From: an uncultured delta proteobacterium
GTDB taxonomy: Bacteria > Myxococcota_A > Polyangia > Polyangiales > Houyiibacteriaceae
Assembly: GCA_963699755.1 (NCBI GenBank)
Contig: CAVOVB010000001.1
Span: forward strand, 1,184,001 to 1,248,000
Length of the DNA: 64,000 nt
Direction: 5' to 3'
Below the pieces are notes generated by a model that was given only the letters and a program-made list of their open reading frames with translations, was not told the DNA's origin and ran no database searches. A program made the translations under genes and the position numbers. Shown piece by piece: positions 61,419 through 64,000 of the stretch. How positions within the stretch are numbered: the first letter of the stretch is position 1; every line of letters starts with the position of its first letter.

Positions 61419-62099
61419 ATGAAGAACCTTGGATTGCTCTCAATTGGCGGGGTGACGGTCGTTGCCATCGCAGCCTTGATCGGCTGCGGCGGTGACAGCG
61501 CAGCGGGTACAACTGGCGCCGCCTCATGCGATGGCTCGGCGGTCGAGGCGTCTTTTGCTGACAGCTGTGCGGCGGGGCTGGCAGACGTGTTCACCTGCTG
61601 GAATCCCAACGGCGACTGCCAGATTTCCGGCTTCACCACGACCTACGCGAACGGAGCCAGCCTCGTTAGCTCGCTCGATCAGACCTTGCAGTTCCGGAGC
61701 CCCAGCAACGAGCTCTGCGGGACGGCCACGGCGATGGTCGGCACCGGGGCTCTGCAGCAAGTTTCCTTCCTCACGAGGGCAGGCGAGACCTACGGATACG
61801 AGATCAACGCGAGCACGTCCGAAGTGACGGTGGTCTGCCCCGGTGGCACGCGCGTCAGCATCGACGCCGAGCAGGCGCAAGCGGTTCAGGGCTGTAGCGG
61901 GGCTGGGCAGATCAATATTTGCCAGAACGTCGACATCGTGAACCCGATCGACCCCAACGACATCGACCCCGACGACATCGGAAACATCGGGAGCGAATGC
62001 ACCGACGACTCCCAATGCCCCGATTCGCTAGGGCTCGACTTCGTCTGCTGTCGGAAAATCGCAACCTGCCTACCGGCGATTTCCTGCAACGCCCTATAG
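61419..62099 (+). CDS. Cys-rich hypothetical lipoprotein
   Basis: LIGC lipobox; Cys-rich C-terminus. Confidence 0.7.
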   Translation: MKNLGLLSIGGVTVVAIAALIGCGGDSAAGTTGAASCDGSAVEASFADSCAAGLADVFTCWNPNGDCQISGFTTTYANGASLVSSLDQTLQFRSPSNELCGTATAMVGTGALQQVSFLTRAGETYGYEINASTSEVTVVCPGGTRVSIDAEQAQAVQGCSGAGQINICQNVDIVNPIDPNDIDPDDIGNIGSECTDDSQCPDSLGLDFVCCRKIATCLPAISCNAL

Positions 62100-62213
62100 A
62101 CGGATCTCCCTCGCTCGTCTGTCGGAAAAGCAGCAACCCGAAGCAGCACGCGCCCTGATCGCGAATCAACAAACGTGCCACCCGAGGTTTTGGGTCCTAG
62201 GCTTCTTCGTTCG

Positions 62214-62696
62214 ATGCAACGTCGACCGAACTCGCTGAAGCTCTCTTGGGGGATTCTCATCCTGGCGCTCCTCTGCGCCATCGGGTGCTCCCGAGACCAA
62301 GCCTCCAAGACCTCGTCCGATGCCGTCCGCGAGAGTCGAAGCCAAGACCTGCGAAGCGCAGAGAGCAACAGCCCTGCGCAGAACAAGGAGCTTGCGCGCT
62401 ACCTGATTCGAAAGAACTACCAGCAGTGGAACGGGTCCCAAGAGCTGAGCTGTCTGGAACGGCTCTGGGAACGCGAAAGCCATTGGAACCACCGAGCGGT
62501 GAACAAGAGGACCGGTGCCTGTGGCATTCCCCAATCGTACCCCTGCAGCAAAATGAAGGGCATGGGCGCCGAGTACGGGGTCAACCACCGTCGCAACCCG
62601 TGGCCGCAGATCGCCTGGGGCCTAGGGTATATCGAGAATCGATATGGGAGCCCGTGCGCAGCGTGGAAGCGGTTTCAACGCGGAGGCGGCTATTGA
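62214..62696 (+). CDS. Small lytic-transglycosylase-like lipoprotein
   Basis: CLERLWERES.WN..A.N...GA.GIPQ..P.SKM...NP..QI.WGL.YI..RYGSPC.AW. Confidence 0.8.
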   Translation: MQRRPNSLKLSWGILILALLCAIGCSRDQASKTSSDAVRESRSQDLRSAESNSPAQNKELARYLIRKNYQQWNGSQELSCLERLWERESHWNHRAVNKRTGACGIPQSYPCSKMKGMGAEYGVNHRRNPWPQIAWGLGYIENRYGSPCAAWKRFQRGGGY

Positions 62697-62718
62697 ATCG
62701 TCGATCGCGCAAGTCGGC

Positions 62719-63561
62719 TCAGTCACAGAGACGCACGATCCAGTTGTCGACCGCGCTGTCCTCGCGGGTGCCGTTGACGCAAGTCATGAACCCAAACCGC
62801 AAAGCTTCGCCTTCGGGGTCCGGCGCTTGCAACGTGGAGGAGCTCGGCCAGAGCCCTAGCTCGCTGTCGGTCATTGCATGGTCGACCAAGCCATTGTCGC
62901 CATCGCCGAATTTGACTCGAACGGCGTCCGCGCCGGACCAGTAGATCTCTTCGCCTTGCAGGACGAGCACGCTGAAGGTGGTTTGTAGGCTGGAGAATTC
63001 GCCGCCCGGCGTGGATGCTTGGATCGACGGGTAAAGGCTCGTGACCGCACCTTCTGCAGGGTCATACGCAGCGCCTTCCTGCAGGCTCATCACGCAGGTC
63101 GACCGGGCGCTTTCGCTCCAGCCGGTACCAAAGGTGCCATCGGCAAAGTCCAGTGGCTGGCCCGCATTGCAGTTGGGAACGTCTGCAAGCGGGGGGATCT
63201 CATCCTCTCCGCCCATGCCACCTGCGCCGCCCATGCCAGCGGAGCCGGGATCGACTCGGGTTGCCGTCCACTCGATTTCACAGCGCGACTGCCCGACTAC
63301 CTTGGTCGTGGTGCCCGAAGCCGAGCGTCCATTGAACACGCCGTTGAACGAGAGCTTGTCGGTGCTACCCGAAGGCGAGTAGTCCCCGACGGCGAACGCC
63401 TTGTTGCGAATCGGAACAGGCTGCTCGTGGCTGAATCCAAAGCCGCGGTCCTCACCGTCTTGGTCGGTGCCGGCGGTGTCCTCCTCCCGCATCTCGAAGG
63501 AGTGGGGCGTCGTGTCGGGCGGCTGAAGGTTAGACGAGCCGCTCGGCGATCTCGTCGTCAC
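62719..63561 (-). CDS. Hypothetical protein, possibly an N-terminally truncated surface protein
   Basis: 280-aa ORF with internal GMGGAGGMGG linker but no signal peptide. Confidence 0.45.
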   Translation of the reverse strand: MTTRSPSGSSNLQPPDTTPHSFEMREEDTAGTDQDGEDRGFGFSHEQPVPIRNKAFAVGDYSPSGSTDKLSFNGVFNGRSASGTTTKVVGQSRCEIEWTATRVDPGSAGMGGAGGMGGEDEIPPLADVPNCNAGQPLDFADGTFGTGWSESARSTCVMSLQEGAAYDPAEGAVTSLYPSIQASTPGGEFSSLQTTFSVLVLQGEEIYWSGADAVRVKFGDGDNGLVDHAMTDSELGLWPSSSTLQAPDPEGEALRFGFMTCVNGTREDSAVDNWIVRLCD

Positions 63562-63741
63562 GGACGAAACCCCGAGGCAGGCCGATGCACGGAGAGAGTC
63601 ACTGCTATCTTGTGAGATAACCTACAAGGGCTACATATTTCAAGACCCAGGGGGTAATCCTCAGCCCAAATAGACACAAAAGGATTATAAATGGCCCAGC
63701 CTCCTGCTAGGATCAGATTCCCTTCGGCTGGAGTTGCAAGC

Positions 63742-64000
63742 ATGGGACCTCGGTTGTTTTCCCTGGTGATGATGGTGTTGGCCCTCGGAATTGGGGGCTG
63801 CGAAGGCGCCATCGGCCCCTCAGGAGGTGGCCTTTCGCGCGACGATCCATCCAACCCTGCGGGTCCCGGGGGCTCCGACTTTCCCGTCGACGACTCGCGA
63901 CCGGCGCTCTCGAGCTGTGATGCGTTCGAGCCGGCGGCGCCATTCGTGTACGCCGCGAAGATCAAAACGCTGCTGACGGGGCTTGGCCTATCCGCCGAAG
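63742..64000 (+). CDS. Lipoprotein, 3'-truncated by the window edge
   Basis: MGPRLFSLVMMVLALGIGGCEG...YAAKIKTLLTG, open to the end of the window. Confidence 0.65.
   Translation, partial: MGPRLFSLVMMVLALGIGGCEGAIGPSGGGLSRDDPSNPAGPGGSDFPVDDSRPALSSCDAFEPAAPFVYAAKIKTLLTGLGLSAE

Overview
High-GC window, most likely from a Myxococcota (Polyangia-like) chromosome. That assignment is inferred from the Cys/Gly-rich lipoproteins, the myxococcal Cys-rich repeats and the FHA-TadA and AgmX-type proteins. Bases 1-39 kb are largely core genes: pdhB/pdhC, a GlcD-like oxidase, GT39, pssA, a moaD-moaE fusion, an M16 peptidase, a PpiD/SurA-like PPIase, fbp, an EAL PDE, a CarH-like B12 regulator, cysQ, otsAB, ccmAB, hemW, nadA, dnaJ, a WS/DGAT-SCP2 fusion, slt and lolC/E. 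A tRNA-Gly(GCC) at 39152 is an integration hotspot: partial copies at 47115 and 48838 delimit two tandem islands. The first carries a frameshifted tyrosine integrase, a Xis-like HTH, an inverted-repeat-flanked oleate hydratase + WS/DGAT cassette and a Fic gene; the second carries an orphan sugar-binding protein. Beyond the islands lie a near-duplicate WS/DGAT, a sterol-methyltransferase-like enzyme, a P450, lipoprotein hydrolases and Cys-rich surface proteins. The most notable signals are: (i) a five-repeat CarH-type operator controlling a DUF4397 lipoprotein rather than carotenoid genes; (ii) a mobile-looking lipid-modifying cassette plus an adjacent possible sterol-tailoring gene set; (iii) 10-bp phased protein-binding arrays in the island; (iv) an FHA-TadA ATPase with degenerate Walker motifs. 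All calls come from motif reading by eye; no database searches were run.
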